The notes: generated by a model not told the origin, from the sequence alone. A stretch of 63,528 bases of DNA, filler included, from Octopus bimaculoides (GCF_001194135.2; 4 parts of 4 records of this genome joined end to end with filler, not necessarily neighbours in it), one strand, 5' to 3'. Counted from the whole stretch's first letter, positions 1-13,617 are shown. Numbers and translations are program-made.

Positions 1-40
<40 letters not shown>

Positions 41-631
41 TATACACAAACAACACATAGACCTATGTAAAGCATTTCAGTTTTCCAACATGCAAACATT
101 ATGTTTCATAAATAACAAATCATAAATTCTGCAGCATACCTATATATATATGCACAATATAATGTAAAACCATGAACTATAGCTATTACAGCTATATAAA
201 AGTAGTTAACAATATAAGACAATGAAAAAAAGAAAAATGGAAATAACAGGGGGAAAATGCCAATATTAGATAATGACAAGAACTGTAAATATAAAAAATA
301 TTTCATACACAACACCTGTTAAAGTACATAACCACCATTACAGGGGAAAATATTAGTTTCATACCAAACAGTAATGACAACTAGCAATTCTGTAAGAAAG
401 TTAAAATTGGAGACACATGTATGATCAATATTATTATCCATTACCTAATATAAGGTACAAGAGGGAGAAAAGAGAAAACAACTGGAAGAAATTTGAAGAA
501 AGAGAAAAAATTATAACTAGGCAGGTAAATATATAATTTAGTAGATATATTTAGGTTATGAGCGAAAGTGGTGTCAATTAGACCCAGAAGTTTCAGGTAA
601 TGCTGAGTAAGTACTGTGGATAGAACATAGT

Positions 632-1030
632 TAAGCTCATGTGAATAAGGGGTCCAATATAGGTCATATATCAGCGTGTGAATATAAGGATTTCGTAATT
701 AGATAAAAAAACCAAGGCTGTGTATAATATAGAACATTTATAAATAGGTCTTACAGCTGTTTCCAGAATATTTATTATATCCCTTCATCGGAGACGGTGT
801 GAGAGGATGGTTAAGCAATAGTTAGTTTACATAAGATAGGAAATAGAGAGTGGATGTAGGGATATATATAATATAATATACAATATATAATATAGAAAGG
901 ATCTTTTTATAAAATGTAGGTATCTCATAATAACCTCATTACACGATCAATTATTGACCAACATATCGAGTATTCCTTAAATTGTTATTTCCAAATCAAT
1001 TTGGATAATGATGTGCACTCATTGTTCTAA
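632..1030 (-). mobile_element. Penelope-like element 3' relic (degenerate GIY-YIG tail plus HHR-bearing end)
   Basis: Minus-strand translation near 950-1025 gives NNECTSLSKLIWK*QFKEYSICWSIIDR, a PLE endonuclease C-terminal motif. It is followed downstream by the HHR at 748-795. Boundaries approximate. Confidence 0.6.
748..795 (-). ncRNA. Minimal type I hammerhead ribozyme-like motif, U4C core variant
   Basis: Minus strand: gtct-CCGATGA-A-GGGATAT-aataa-ATATTCT-g-GAAA-CAGCTG-T-A-agac. Helix I gtct/agac, 7-bp helix II, palindromic ACAGCTGT helix III, GUA site. Lies in a Penelope relic. Confidence 0.65.
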
Positions 1031-1231
1031 TTTCAAGTAAATAGTTACATAATCTGTGTTTGAAACTATTCAACCTTCTCCAAGCCATTGTTGCCTATGA
1101 GTATTCTCTCCTATAGTTGCAGGTGCAATTTGTTGCCTTGAGAAGGGTGCTTAAAATAAACAACATCACCACATTTATTTCTTGAAGTTGTAAACAGGCT
1201 ACTTTCAATTCAGAATGAGGTTAAACTTCCA

Positions 1232-1960
1232 TTGTCTGATGCCATTTTTATTGTTTATATACAAACCACGAGCTATTCAAGCCTTGAAATTGAACTAAAG
1301 TTTTTTTTTATTTTTTACCGAACGAAAATGGCCACTCCTTTGTTTGAAGCTTTTCTGGAAGAAATCTTGTTTGGTTCTGACTCAGAGGACAATTTTGAAG
1401 GATTTACTCAGACAAGTATTGATGGTGAAATTATTCAAGGTGATGATGAGGGCAAGGGCTGTGCTTACAGCTATATTGAGAATGATGTATCAAATGGATA
1501 CTATAATCCATGACTGGCTGATTTAAAGTAAAGTACTGGTCCCAAAGAGGTACATTTCTGAGGGGCAACTCTTTCGTCTATTCCTTAGAGCATTACATAA
1601 AAATATTATTCATCCATTCCTTTATTAGTATACAAAAAATCATGTCTGTACACACAATACAACAAAAGTTATAACAATCTTAGAACAGTTTGTGCACATG
1701 TCTTTTGTTCTCTCAAAAATAATGCAGGGGATACTATTATAGGGGAAAATCAGTGTGCTAAAGGTTAAGTTGCACCAATGTCAGGACAAAACACTTGTAA
1801 ACTGAATCATCAGTAAGACATTTATTTTCTAGGGAACATTCAGCTGATCAATGATAATTATACACATTCAAGTTTCTCACAAAAGTGTCACTCCTAAGGC
1901 CGTTGTTATTGTCTATAGAAGATTTGCTTTTACTATTTAACCCTTTTGGTACCAACCTGC
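1232..1960 (+). mobile_element. Degenerate piggyBac-like transposase N-terminal fragment
   Basis: ORF 1232..1513 has the acidic 'GSDSEDNFEGF' N-terminal motif, then in-frame stops. A TTAACCCTTTT piggyBac-type end occurs near 1937. Confidence 0.4.
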
Positions 1961-2503
1961 CCGTAGCTACTCAAAAGTTAAAATGGTGAATGATACCAAG
2001 GTATCCAAATCTGGTCATAATGATCTATTCATATTTAAATGAGAATTTCAGCACAAATCTTATTCGTACATTAGTACTGAATGGTTCATTATCTCATTTG
2101 GTAAACAAATTAGCACTAACATTTCGAAAATATTCTTTTCAGCTGTTAATGAACATTTTCCTAATGATAGCAAGTATTATAAAATCTTCAACTTGCATTT
2201 AGTAGGAATAGCTTTTATGAATTCAAAGAACATTGCACCAGTAATAGCAGCACAAAACACAAAAATTTAATTATTTCTAAGGAAAGGAGATTAACTATAA
2301 CATAAATATATTACCTAACAGTAATGAAACAAGAGTTGTTAATGAAAATTAAGTTAACAAGGAAAATGAAGCAAGAGAAATAACTGCTAAAACCACCATG
2401 CAAACATCTAAACAGATAAACACACATGCTAAAAAGAACAGCAATGCAAAAGCAAATATTCACAACAAAGATAGTAACCTAAGGAAAAAAAAACAGCAAA
2501 ATT

Positions 2504-2546
<43 letters not shown>

Positions 2547-2592
2547 GAGATGAGAATAATAACTCATATAATATATTGGAAAGTGATACTCA

Positions 2593-3130
2593 ATGAAAAT
2601 CAGAAAAAAGGAATGTAAGTTAGAAGATAAACGGAGCAAACATAACAGGAAGGAAAAGAAGATACAAAAAGTAGAGTTAGAGATAACAAGTGTGATTGCA
2701 CAACCAATAGAATATGTCCCCTTGAATCTAACTGCAAAATTAAGGAAACAGCATACAGGTGTAAGGTTATCTCAGAAAGTCAGGTATATTATTATATCGG
2801 CACTTGCAAAACATATACAAAACGAAGAATTTCCAATTATGAAAACTCATTTAGAGACAGCAAAAAGAAATAATGATACTAGCTTAAGCAAATTAATTTG
2901 GTCCATAAAAGATAATAATAAGGAATATGAAATTACCTGAGAAATAATTAGTAGAGCTAAACCATAGTCTACTATATGGTTTGGCTCTAGTAATTATTTC
3001 TGTTTCACAAGCAAACGGTGTGAATTGCGTGTTGAAGAAATTTACCAAATTCTTACATCAAAATACAAATTAATAAACTATAGACGTGAGGGGGATGATA
3101 ATAATAGTAACAATAACATCAACATACTCT
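2593..3130 (+). mobile_element. Penelope-like GIY-YIG endonuclease relic
   Basis: ...NNDTSLSKLIWSIKDNNKEYEIT*EIISRAKP...KRCELRVEEIYQILTSKYKLINYR, the PLE endonuclease C-terminal half with a premature stop. Same type as 26674-27129. Confidence 0.7.
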
Positions 3131-3639
3131 AAGTAGCCTGATACAAAATATATAACCATTCACCACTCGAAAAATAAGATACATTTGCTGACTACTGACC
3201 CATTCTTGGATAGCTAGTCACTTGTTTTTCTGACCAGCAAAGTTGAAAAGGTCAGAAGTTAGGCTATTTTTAGAATATTAACACCATGTGTAAGAAATAT
3301 TTTGGTTGGGCTTGTATTTAGTTCAGATGGAATCTGAAATGCAGTTAATAGCACCCTGAAGAAACAGCAATTAACACCAAAATGCACACAAGATACAAAA
3401 TTTTGCAGTGTGCACTGAGTTGCAGCAGAAATATATGTAGGTACAGAAATGGAAAGACATGATTAACTGCTTAATAAAACTGAATATATAAATCTCTGTC
3501 CTCCTTAATTATTAATTTATTATTTCTTCTCTACAGACAACATACAGTCTCTATACAGACATTTGGATCTACCGATGTGAAGATCTACTGAGGATAGTAA
3601 AATAAACTGGAGTTTTTCTAAACTCACGGAATACCTAGC

Positions 3640-5340
3640 ATTATTAACTGATAAAAGTGAATACAGTACCTGCTAGGATTGTATATCCTGACCAACTAAA
3701 TTTGGAAATTTACTGTCATAAAGTGTTGTTGCTTTATGTCTTGTGTAAAGAGACTGGTAAACCAGTTTTGTTCCAAGACCACTTTCTCAATACCTTTCCA
3801 ATCAGCTTAGTTGCTTCTAGCAGCTGGCATGTCTGCACTTTTCTGTGGACTATACATTTGTTAACTCTATTAAGATATGGTCCAAGAGAATCATTGGTGT
3901 CACCATAACATAAAGATGAGCGCCACATTATTCATGAAGCAAAGGTCCAGGACATTTTTACTCCTTGTTGGGTGGAGCACTATTTGGTCCAGGAAGAACA
4001 TGTTTGCCATGTCAAGCAGAAGTTCTGTTGCCTCTGTTCATGCAGTGACATACCTGACAGAAGGCAGCCCTCAGGCCATTCGATATTAGAGAGGTTGAAG
4101 TTTCCTAAAAGAAGTGTGTTAAGTCTTTCATCAACATTAGTTAACACTTCTTCCATTTTTTGAGGCTCTCTTCAAATCAGTCCCTATGATTTGGAGCATC
4201 TGGTAGGTGATATGTAGAAAATATTACCATTTTCATTTGCTTATTGTGTACCACCGGAGTGCTACAGACTGAATTTGAGTATTCCAGCAGGGTCACAGGC
4301 ATGGCATCTTCCTGAATGCACATTGCTGTTCTGCCATGAGTCCTTTCTCTCCTGTCAATTCAAAATATAAGCTACTTTGGTATGTGTATCTCAGCATCTG
4401 ATATGCCTTCAGATGTGTTTCTGTTAGAGTCATGCTTGTCACTAAGTCACTCAGGTGTTGGGTTTTGTGTTACAAGGCCCATTGATGTTCAGTAGGAATA
4501 CTGGTGCAATGTATAAGGTGTCAGTACTAGCCACTGGTATGACATATGTAGAGGTGGATCTTTTGTTGTTTGAAGTGGTCTTGAGTGTTGGCACATGTTT
4601 CTCAAACTCAATGTCTGATGGAGCCAAGTCAACTGCCTTACAACATTCTGTGCATTCTCCAAAAATGACTGCTGTTCAGCAGCTACTGTCTGCACAGCAT
4701 CAATATATGCACCATCCACATATTTCCAAGATGGAGGAATCAGATTTTGTGTTCTTGTTGATTCTGGTGGAATTGTTTGTCTCCTCAGGGACAGTTCTTT
4801 CTGGTCTTGAGGCATGCAAAACCAGTACTGCTCAGATGGAGCTTGGGATAAGCAAATTTACAGCCTGTCCCAATGTCTCCATGCCAGTATAGAACTTGCA
4901 GACTGTTTGAACTTTTTTTTTATTCCTGACTAATTGTCTTTGCAGATTCTACTTCTGTTGTTGCTTGCTTGTCCATACTTTCATCTTCATCTTTGGCTTC
5001 TGCTTTTCCTGGTGAAATTTTGCTTTGCTACTGTTGTTCTCCTTGAGTTTGGAGTTGTCCAGAGTAGTGATGACTGTTTGTTCCTCTCTCACAGCACCAT
5101 CTTGACTATTCTTGGATTATCAAGTCACTGGTTTCTTTTTCACGTCGTGTGTTTGTCTCCTCTTTGAGTATATTATATAGTAGCTCAATGTGTGGTTTAA
5201 TCAGTGCATAGGAATGAATGAACTCATTGTTTTTCCTTTCGATTTGAGCCACGGTTTGGTGAAAACCAAAGCTCTTCTGGTTTCTGCAATCAGTGTTTCA
5301 CAGTGATCTCCTGGTCAATTTCATGCAAGGAGTATTATAA
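3640..5340 (-). mobile_element. Decayed CR1-like LINE 5' part (Cys-rich ORF1 remnant plus APE endonuclease)
   Basis: Minus strand: VIFSTYHLPD (YRPP-like), LLLGNFNLSNIEW (GDFN motif) and DQIVLHPTRSKNVLDLCFMNN at about 3930-4230. Cys-rich remnants upstream. Many stops; extent approximate. Confidence 0.7.
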
Positions 5341-6038
5341 TAAATTCTTCAAGCTGTCAGTTTCAGTGTATTTTAAAGTTAATACTGGCTACAGTGTAGT
5401 TGACTTTGCTGAGGTCCATGCTGTTGAAATAGGGAGAGAGAGCAGGAATGGAGAAAGAGAGGGTAGGAAGAAGTAGAGATAGATATGCAGAGAGGGAAGA
5501 TGTAAAAGTAATCAAGAAAAGTAGAGAAAGGGAGAAGGTATGAGAGAAGGGGTAACCAGAGAGAGGAAAAGCAGAGAGAGAAGGCAAGAGAAAAAGTGAG
5601 TAGAGAGAAAGGGCAGATAATATATAATCTATAATGTTACATTAGCCCACAGAAGCTGGAATCTCTAGACTTTTATTTCTCAGACAGAAGTGCAGTCAAA
5701 CAATAGTTGTGAAGTCATGTTTACTCAACCACATGGTGTCCAATGTTGATTTATTTCATGGCCAAAAATCCCTTGTAACTGTATAAAAACCAACCGAATG
5801 AAAACATCTTTTCAATTACAGCACTCTGGTAGCAAGATATTTTTTGTATTTAATTGGGAGACCATTCTGTTTTCAGCTCAACTAGATCCAATTGCAGATT
5901 TTCAAGGTTTTCTAAGGAGCTTAATTTCCATGTTTCAGCAAGCTGCTGCCAATACACACACTAACACACACATATACATACATAAATTTAATACACAATA
6001 TAAGGATTTATATAATCCAGTGGTAATCACAAAAAAAG

Positions 6039-6238
6039 CTCCTTTAGCGGAACAGGCTATGTTTTAGTTTCAAACTCATCAGATCAAGCCTCTCACACCT
6101 ACCCTACAATGGCATTCTAAAAATAAACAATCCCATCATGAAAATCTCATAGTTACAAAATAATACTTGATTAATTCAAAACAATGTGAATAAATAAGCA
6201 ATATATATGACAGAATAATCTGAATACTAATGAGTTAA
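6039..6238. mobile_element. piggyBac-type MITE, degenerate left end
   Basis: Shares internal sequence with 53858-54089 (cctacaatg.cattct.aaaata.aca, aatgtgaataaata, aatctgaat.c.aa...gttaa) and ends in TTAA. Confidence 0.6.
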
Positions 6239-6242
6239 TGTA

Positions 6243-6440
6243 GTTCTCAGGGAGATTCAGCATGACACAGAATGTGACAAAGCTGGTCCTTTGAAATACA
6301 AGTACTACTCATTTTTACCAACTGAGTAGACTGGAGCAACATGAAATAAAGTGACTTGTTCAAGGACACAACGCATCACTAAGAGTTGAACACATGACCT
6401 TATGAGCCAAATACCCTAACCACTAAGCCATGCACCTTCA
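6243..6440 (-). mobile_element. tRNA-derived SINE with CORE-like central domain
   Basis: Reverse complement aligns to 61345-61600 (gtggttagggtatt...gtgtccttga.caag.cactt...ctcag...aaaatgagtagtac...ccctgagaac). Confidence 0.6.
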
Positions 6441-6706
6441 CACCAGGCTACAAACCACATAGTAAACCAATATATAGGAGTGTAATGTAGAGTCATATGC
6501 AGTTGAAATCCAGTAAATCTAACCAGTGAAGATTATTTCATGAAGAGTATATAGAATAACCCTGAAATCCGGATACGTTCGTGCTGCTGGTCGAGGTGAG
6601 AGGNNNNNNNNNNNNNNNNNNNNNNNNNNNNNNNNNNNNNNNNNNNNNNNNNNNNNNNNNNNNNNNNNNNNNNNNNNNNNNNNNNNNNNNNNNNNNNNNN
6701 NNNTAT

Positions 6707-6741
<35 letters not shown>

Positions 6742-6772
6742 TAATATACACACACACACACACACACATATA

Positions 6773-7302
6773 TGTAACGGTTATGGATTGAACGATGATC
6801 AACATTTTTATAAGAAATATTTATTTTTATCGTTACATTCTATGTTGCCATACCACGACAGGTAGGCCAGTGTAATAGTATATAAAACATGCAAGGTTAA
6901 GAATTTCGGCCTGTATCTGTATGTACCTTTTTCATAGTAGTAATTATATAGAGAGAGAGATGGTAGGGTTATAGAGAAAAGGAATTGCTAGCTCGTATGC
7001 CTGCTTGTGTCCATGGCTTCAGATGTCCAGTCACCACCGACCAGCGACCAAGCTGTCGAGGCGTCACTGCTGGTGACTAAAGATAGAAAGAGGAAGTTTG
7101 CTTGGAGTGTCCTGTTTTTATAGCTAGTGAGAACAAAGGATTCTATTCTAGATTTGATGGAGTAGAAGAGATCAGAAAAGGGTCAAGTGGTGGAGACATC
7201 ACTTCGAAAACCGTTGTTCCACCGCGGGGAAAAGTTCTGACGCAGTGTTGATTCAAATTTGTGGCATAGTGGATCGAATCCACTTCACGCCTGCCGGATT
7301 CT

Positions 7303-7306
<4 letters not shown>
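6773..7306. mobile_element. Probable solo LTR (534 bp, Gypsy-like)
   Basis: TGTAA...TTACA termini, TATA 4-mer on both sides (within TA-rich flanks), internal TATATAAAA near 6879, GC-richer than the flanks, no coding remnant. Confidence 0.55.
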
Positions 7307-7348
<42 letters not shown>

Positions 7349-7351
<3 letters not shown>

Positions 7352-7720
7352 TGGGGGGAAATAAATATTCGTACATGTCAATATTCTTTATTTATTTAAT
7401 TTCTAATGAACATAAATGGGATATACCCATACTATATTTGCATACACATACATAAACTAAAAATATGCAAAAGAAACTAATAAATTATAGTAACTAATGA
7501 ATTTATATACAAATATAAATATTTAGGGGGCAAAAAAGTATTTGTACAGAACATAAATAACTGATAATTCTGTTTTAATACTTCGTAGCATAACCATTAT
7601 TCAGTTCCACTTCATCCAGTCTCTTCTTGTAGTTCTTAATCAATGGCTTGCATATTTCTTTAGGAATTTTTTCTCATTCTTCTTGACAAATTTTCTTCAA
7701 ATCTGGAATGCACATTGGGG
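7349..7720 (-). mobile_element. Tc1 transposon 3' end with transposase C-terminus
   Basis: TA|CAGTGGGGGGAAATAAATATT terminus and related internal repeat ggggcaaaaaagtatttgtac near 7527. Minus frame PMCIPDLKKICQEE*EKIPKEICKPLIKNYKKRLDEVELNNGYATKY* (stop 7575-7577) is a classic Tc1 C-terminus. Confidence 0.85.
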
Positions 7721-7727
7721 CTCTTGA

Positions 7728-10670
7728 ATCATCATCATCATCATTTAACGTCTGGTTTCCATGCTAGCATGGGTTGGACGATTTCACTGAGGACTGGTGA
7801 ATCAGGTGGCTACACCAGGCTCCAATATGAGTTTCTACAGCTGGATGCCCTTCCTAACGCTAACCACTCCGAGAGTGTAGTGGATGCTTTTACATGCCAC
7901 CGCCACAAAGGCCAGTCAGGCGGTACTGGCAACGGCCACACTCAAAATGGTGTCTTTTACGTGCCACCTGCACGGGAACCAGTCCAGCGGCACTGGCAAT
8001 GATCTCGCTCGAATGTCTTTACACGTGCCACTTGCACAAGTGCCAGGGCACAGGTGCCATCACAATTTCGCTTTCGCTTGCTTCAACAGGTCTTTGCAAG
8101 CCGAGTATCTGTGTCCAATGAAGGAGACAACATTGACATGGGTGCCAGCTGTCGAAATTACTTGCCTCAGCAGGTTTTTGCAAGTGGAGTTTAGTGTTGA
8201 ATGTAGGAAGGTACGCATCCTGGCAGAGGCCTTGGATTTAGGTCTCACTTGGCTTCTCGCTCGAAAACCCTACAAGGCCAGTCAGGTGGTACTGGCAATG
8301 GTCACGCTCAGGATGGTACATCTTATGTGCCACCCACACAAAAGCCAGTCCAGGGGCACTGGCAATGATCTCACTTGGCTTGCCGGGTCTTCTCACGCAC
8401 AGCATATTTCCAAAGATCTCGGTCAGAAGTCATTGCCTCGATGAGGCCCAATGTTCGAAGGTCGTGCCTCACCACCTCAGCCCAGGTCTTCCTGGACCTA
8501 CCTTTTCCACAGGTTCCCTCAACCGCTAGGGTGTAGCACTTTTTCACACAGCTATCCTCATCCATTCTTGCCACATGTCCATATCAGCGCAATCGTCTCT
8601 CTTGCACACCACAACTGATGCTTCTTAGGTTCAACTTTCCTCGCAAGGTACTTACACTCTGTCTAGTATGCACACTGACATCACACATCAATCGGAGCAT
8701 ACTGGCTTCATTCCTTCTGAGCGTACGCATGTCCTCAGCAGTTACAGCCAATGTTTCACTGCCATGAAGCATGGCTGTTCGTACACATGCGTCATACAGT
8801 CTGCCTTTTACTCTAAGTGAGAAGCCCCTTGTCACCAGCAGAGGTAACAGCTCTCTGAACTTTGCCCAGGCTATTCTTATTCTAGCAGCTACACTTTCAC
8901 GCGGAAGCTATCAACCACTTCTAGTTTTACTCCCTGGAATGTGGCAGAAGTTGTTTTCTGCACATTTACAGTGTTTATAGCTCCTGAACATCTCCTACAA
9001 ACGAAAACTAACTTCCTAGTTAACCTTCCTTTGATATTGCTGCACCTCTTATGTGTCCATAGCTTACACTGAGTACATCTTATAGAGTTTCTACCTTCGC
9101 CTTTTCTACAGATCGAGCAGGGCTATCTACCTGAAGGGGTTTGTGTTTTCTCTACCTTCCTACTTATTAGGACTTGGGTTTTAGCTAGGCTCACTCTAAG
9201 GCCCTTCGATTCTAGTCCTTGCTTCCACACCTGAAACTTCTCCTCTACTTCTGATATTGACTCAGCAATTAGTGCAAGGTCATCAGCATAGAAGAGCTCC
9301 CAGGTGCATCCTGTCTTGAATTCCTCTGTTATAGCCTGGAGGAGTATGATAAATAGGAGGGGGATGAGGACAGAACCTTGGTGGACCCCTACCTCCATCC
9401 GAATTCTTCACTGTACTCATTGCCAACCCTCACCTTACTAACAGCTTCTATGTACATGGCTCGCACAGCTCTCACTAAGCATTCTTCTATCTCTAGTTTC
9501 CTCATTGACCACCAGATGAGGGATCAGGGGACCCTGTCGAAGGCTTTCTCCATGTCAACGAAAGCCAGGTACAGAGGTTTACCCTTGGCTAGATATTTCT
9601 CCTGAAGCTGTCTTACCAGAAATATAGCATCAGTGGTGCTTTTCCCAGGCACAAACAGAAACTGCATCTCATCTAATCTGACTCGCTCCCTAAGTAGTTG
9701 GGATATGACCCTCTCCGTGACTTTCATTACCTGATCTAAAAGCTTGATACCTCTGTAATTATTTGTATCTAAGGCGTCACCTTTACCTTTGTAGCAGTTG
9801 ACTATGGTGCTGCTACACCAGTAATTGGGTATGACTCCTTCATGTATCACCTGGTTAACAATATGGGTGACTAGTCTATTGCCGACACTGCCAGATATTT
9901 TGAGCATCTCTGCAGTGATTGCAGATGTGCCGGGGGCCTTTCCTGTCTTCATACTCTTAATTGCTTTATCTACCATGGTACTGTCAACTCGGATAGCTGG
10001 TCCCTCTGTTGGGTCAACCTTCGGCAGACTCTCTTTCTCCCATTCATTCTCTTTATTAAGCAATCTATCGTAGTGGCATCTCCAAACCTCTTTCTTTGTA
10101 GCCTCATTTAATGCAAGCGTACCATCATCCATGCGAATACATTTCTCTCCCACGACATCACGATTCTCTCTCACACACTATCTTGCAACACGAAATACTT
10201 CAAGTCTTTGATCCTCACGACGCAGAACATTGGCAAACTTTTTCTTATCTGCTTCCCCTCTGGCTAAATAAACCTGTCGCCTAGCTTCCCTTCTGGCAGT
10301 CTGATACAATTCCCTGCTACCACCGTTCTTCCAGTCTTTCCAAGCCTGTTTCTTGTGTCTAATAGCCCTGTCAACAACATTGTTCCACCACGACGTTATT
10401 TTCGGTCGAGAGTGGACCTTGCACCATCCACAGATCTGGTCGGTGGCCCTCAGCATGTTGTCCCGTAGAAATGTCCAGTTGTCCTCTACATTGTGTGAAG
10501 CTACATCCCACTCTATTTTGTCATAGGCTTCGAGTAATAAGTCTCTAAGTCTCAATCCATTCGCAGGATTTTTGAGCTTCCAGATCCTTCTCCTCCAAGT
10601 TGGTCGTATTCTCGGCAACCACTTAGTCACTAACTACTAGTCTATGTTGTGGGATACATTCTTCGCCTGA
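7728..10670 (-). mobile_element. RTE-clade LINE, 5'-truncated and frameshifted (about 2.9 kb)
   Basis: ORF pieces 10178..10630, 9524..10174 (KAPG, NYRGIKLL, TTDAIF, LAFVDMEKAFDRVP), 9123..9398 (GVHQGSVL.PLLF, FYADDLAL), 8584..8835, 8371..8574. (TGA)n 3' tail at 7728-7743. Confidence 0.92.
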
Positions 10671-11525
10671 GAAGGTTTTGACATTTATAAGTGTGAAATA
10701 GTGTGTCTCCAATACTTTTGCAGCACTTCAGGAGTAGTTGATTTTATCTGTTCTCAATGGGACCCAGTCATCTGTGGGAGTGGGTTTTGCAAAGCATATC
10801 ATCTATAGTATGAACTGGTTGGAATTTGTTCCATGAGCCACTAAGGGCTTCTTTCTCGGAGTGAATTGCAGATTGTATGATGTTGATGTATGAAGTGTCA
10901 TACCTGAATCCTTGCATGAGAATTTCAGGGAGAATGTTTCTGATGCATGGCAAACAACTACTGACAATATTCACCACTTACAACTCTGATTTGTAAATTT
11001 GGATTTAAAAAAATTGTGATTTGAGTATGTAATCTCTCTTTTATCTTAAATAAATTGACAAATAATACCACATAAATTCTAACATAGAGTTGCATTCAGC
11101 ATTTGTATTTTTGTACCGCTACCTAAACAGAAAATGTTTTTATCTATGTGCACATATGTATGTATTTACTGACATACATATGTATATATGTGTATGTGTT
11201 GAAAGATAAAAAAAAATTCATGTAAAATAGTATACACTAGGTTACAGAAAATAATATACACTAGGTTATTACAGAAGTCATAATTATATTCCATTATATT
11301 ATTGGGGTGCTTCTGAAGACTGTCTTTATGTAAAAATTAATAAATGTTGCTATGAGAAAATTTCATCTGGTTATTCATGGCTGCAAGCTTAATCACAGAA
11401 CTTTAACAACATTCTTCCTATCTCTTCATATTACTAATTATAACTAGTAGTAATATAGTGTAATATAGAATTATTGTAATATAGAATTATTGTAATTAGT
11501 GTAATATAGTATTATTTATATAGGA

Positions 11526-12460
11526 ACTAGCAGAGATACCCGGCATTGCCCGTGTTACATGCAATTGAAGAATGAGACTTTTCTCTTATATTTTCTGTAA
11601 GGAACTGGAATACATATGATTCGAATTTCATGCAAATTGCACATGAGGGTTCTTTCCCTCTTACACACCCTAAAAAAATTCTAATCATGACACATGTATC
11701 CCATACTATTGATCTTTATGCACATATTCCAAAATTTTAGTCTTCTGGAACCTGTAAGAACGATTTTGCTCCTGAAAAATGGAGCTCATGTAGCACTAAA
11801 ATGTGGGAATGAAGGCCCCTATTGGGGTGGGTGTGTTAATGTCAACCAGAGAAGTTGAATTGTTGGGAATGTTTTTAACTTGGGTCTTATAGTATGCCTG
11901 TATATATGTGAGAGTATAGTCTCACTTTAATTGTTTCAGTATGAAATTGAAAGTATTAAAGTGAAAGTATTTAAAATTACAGTAGCGATATGTTGTTTCA
12001 CTTTTGACATGTAATACTGAAATAGTGGAATAGTTTCAGTGTTAAAGTGAAAGTATCTAACATTACAGTAGAGTGATGTTATTGTTTCACTTTTGACACG
12101 TAATACTGAAATAGTGGAGGAGATATGATATTGCTGTGTGCTTGAACTATGCAAGAAGTTTAAAATTTGTTTGGCCTAAGACACGACATGGACCCTAAAA
12201 GGATTTTGCTCCTGAAAAATGGAGCTCATGGAGCTGAAAAATGTGGGAGTTAAGGCCCCTATTGGTGGTGGGGGTGTTAATGTCAAGCAGAGAAGTTGAA
12301 TTGTTGGGAATCTTTTTAACTTGGGTCTAATATGTATTGTTTGAATTTCTTTGAAATAGGAAATATATGTATGTTCACTGGGTTTGTAAAAGAGAGCAAA
12401 GCTACAGAAAAGCAAAAGACGAATGATCACGATAATCAGTCAGCTACCCTAGCCTAGTCG
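11526..12460 (+). mobile_element. Helentron/HINE-like non-autonomous element with internal tandem repeats
   Basis: Starts ACTAGCAGAGATACCCGGCATTGCCCG. Contains about 89-bp tandem units at 11930-12120 and a duplicated about 125-bp block (11761-11890 and 12202-12330). Confidence 0.55.
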
Positions 12461-13617
12461 TTATTACTCCCCAATGTAGGATTCCTCACCATACAGTTGA
12501 CAGGCACAGCTTTAAGATGCATTACGGATCTATAGCAATTGGAAGTGCATGATCCAATTGAAATAACAATGTGTGACATTTGGAGTAAAGGGAAATGAAA
12601 GTGTCACCTCTGGAGTTTGCAAATGACCACTATATCGATAGGTAACTGGGCAGAAAAAATTTACAATCAATAAATGTCTTAGAACAACCAGTCACTCATC
12701 TGGGAAGGCCTTGAAATCAATGTTACCAACTGGGGACTATGTGTGACCCAGTAATAATAAAAAGACTCAAAGGAGGTCTGCAACGAAATAATTTTACTCA
12801 ACACTTTGCAAGTGAATCAGTGGAGGCAAAGATGCGTCTCATTTACTTGACAATTTATGCACCACATTGCAGAAATCACAATGTAAGTATATCNNNNNNN
12901 NNNNNNNNNNNNNNNNNNNNNNNNNNNNNNNNNNNNNNNNNNNNNNNNNNNNNNNNNNNNNNNNNNNNNNNNNNNNNNNNNNNNNNNNNNNNNNNNNNNN
13001 NNNNNNNNNNNNNNNNNNNNNNNNNNNNNNNNNNNNNNNNNNNNNNNNNNNNNNNNNNNNNNNNNNNNNNNNNNNNNNNNNNNNNNNNNNNNNNNNNNNN
13101 NNNNNNNNNNNNNNNNNNNNNNNNNNNNNNNNNNNNNNNNNNNNNNNNNNNNNNNNNNNNNNNNNNNNNNNNNNNNNNNNNNNNNNNNNNNNNNNNNNNN
13201 NNNNNNNNNNNNNNNNNNNNNNNNNNNNNNNNNNNNNNNNNNNNNNNNNNNNNNNNNNNNNNNNNNNNNNNNNNNNNNNNNNNNNNNNNNNNNNNNNNNN
13301 NNNNNNNNNNNNNNNNNNNNNNNNNNNNNNNNNNNNNNNNNNNNNNNNNNNNNNNNNNNNNNNNNNNNNNNNNNNNNNNNNNNNNNNNNNNNNNNNNNNN
13401 NNNNNNNNNNNNNNNNNNNNNNNNNNNNNNNNNNNNNNNNNNNNNNNNNNNNNNNNNNNNNNNNNNNNNNNNNNNNNNNNNNNNNNNNNNNNNNNNNNNN
13501 NNNNNNNNNNNNNNNNNNNNNNNNNNNNNNNNNNNNNNNNNNNNNNNNNNNNNNNNNNNNNNNNNNNNNNNNNNNNNNNNNNNNNNNNNNNNNNNNNNNN
13601 NNNNNNNNNNNNNNNNN

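Noticed and set aside
6060-6085. Minus-strand CTGATGA-GTTT-GAAAC (similarly CTGAGGA-AA-GAAAC at about 58915-58935)
   Set aside because: No helix II can form and there is no palindrome/UH/helix I continuation; a chance juxtaposition.
10768-10990. Possible small exons on either strand and an LGPIEN (Tc1 NPIEN-like) word
   Set aside because: Splice signals are weak, and the surrounding Tc1 motifs (QDNAP.H, WP.QSPDL) are absent.
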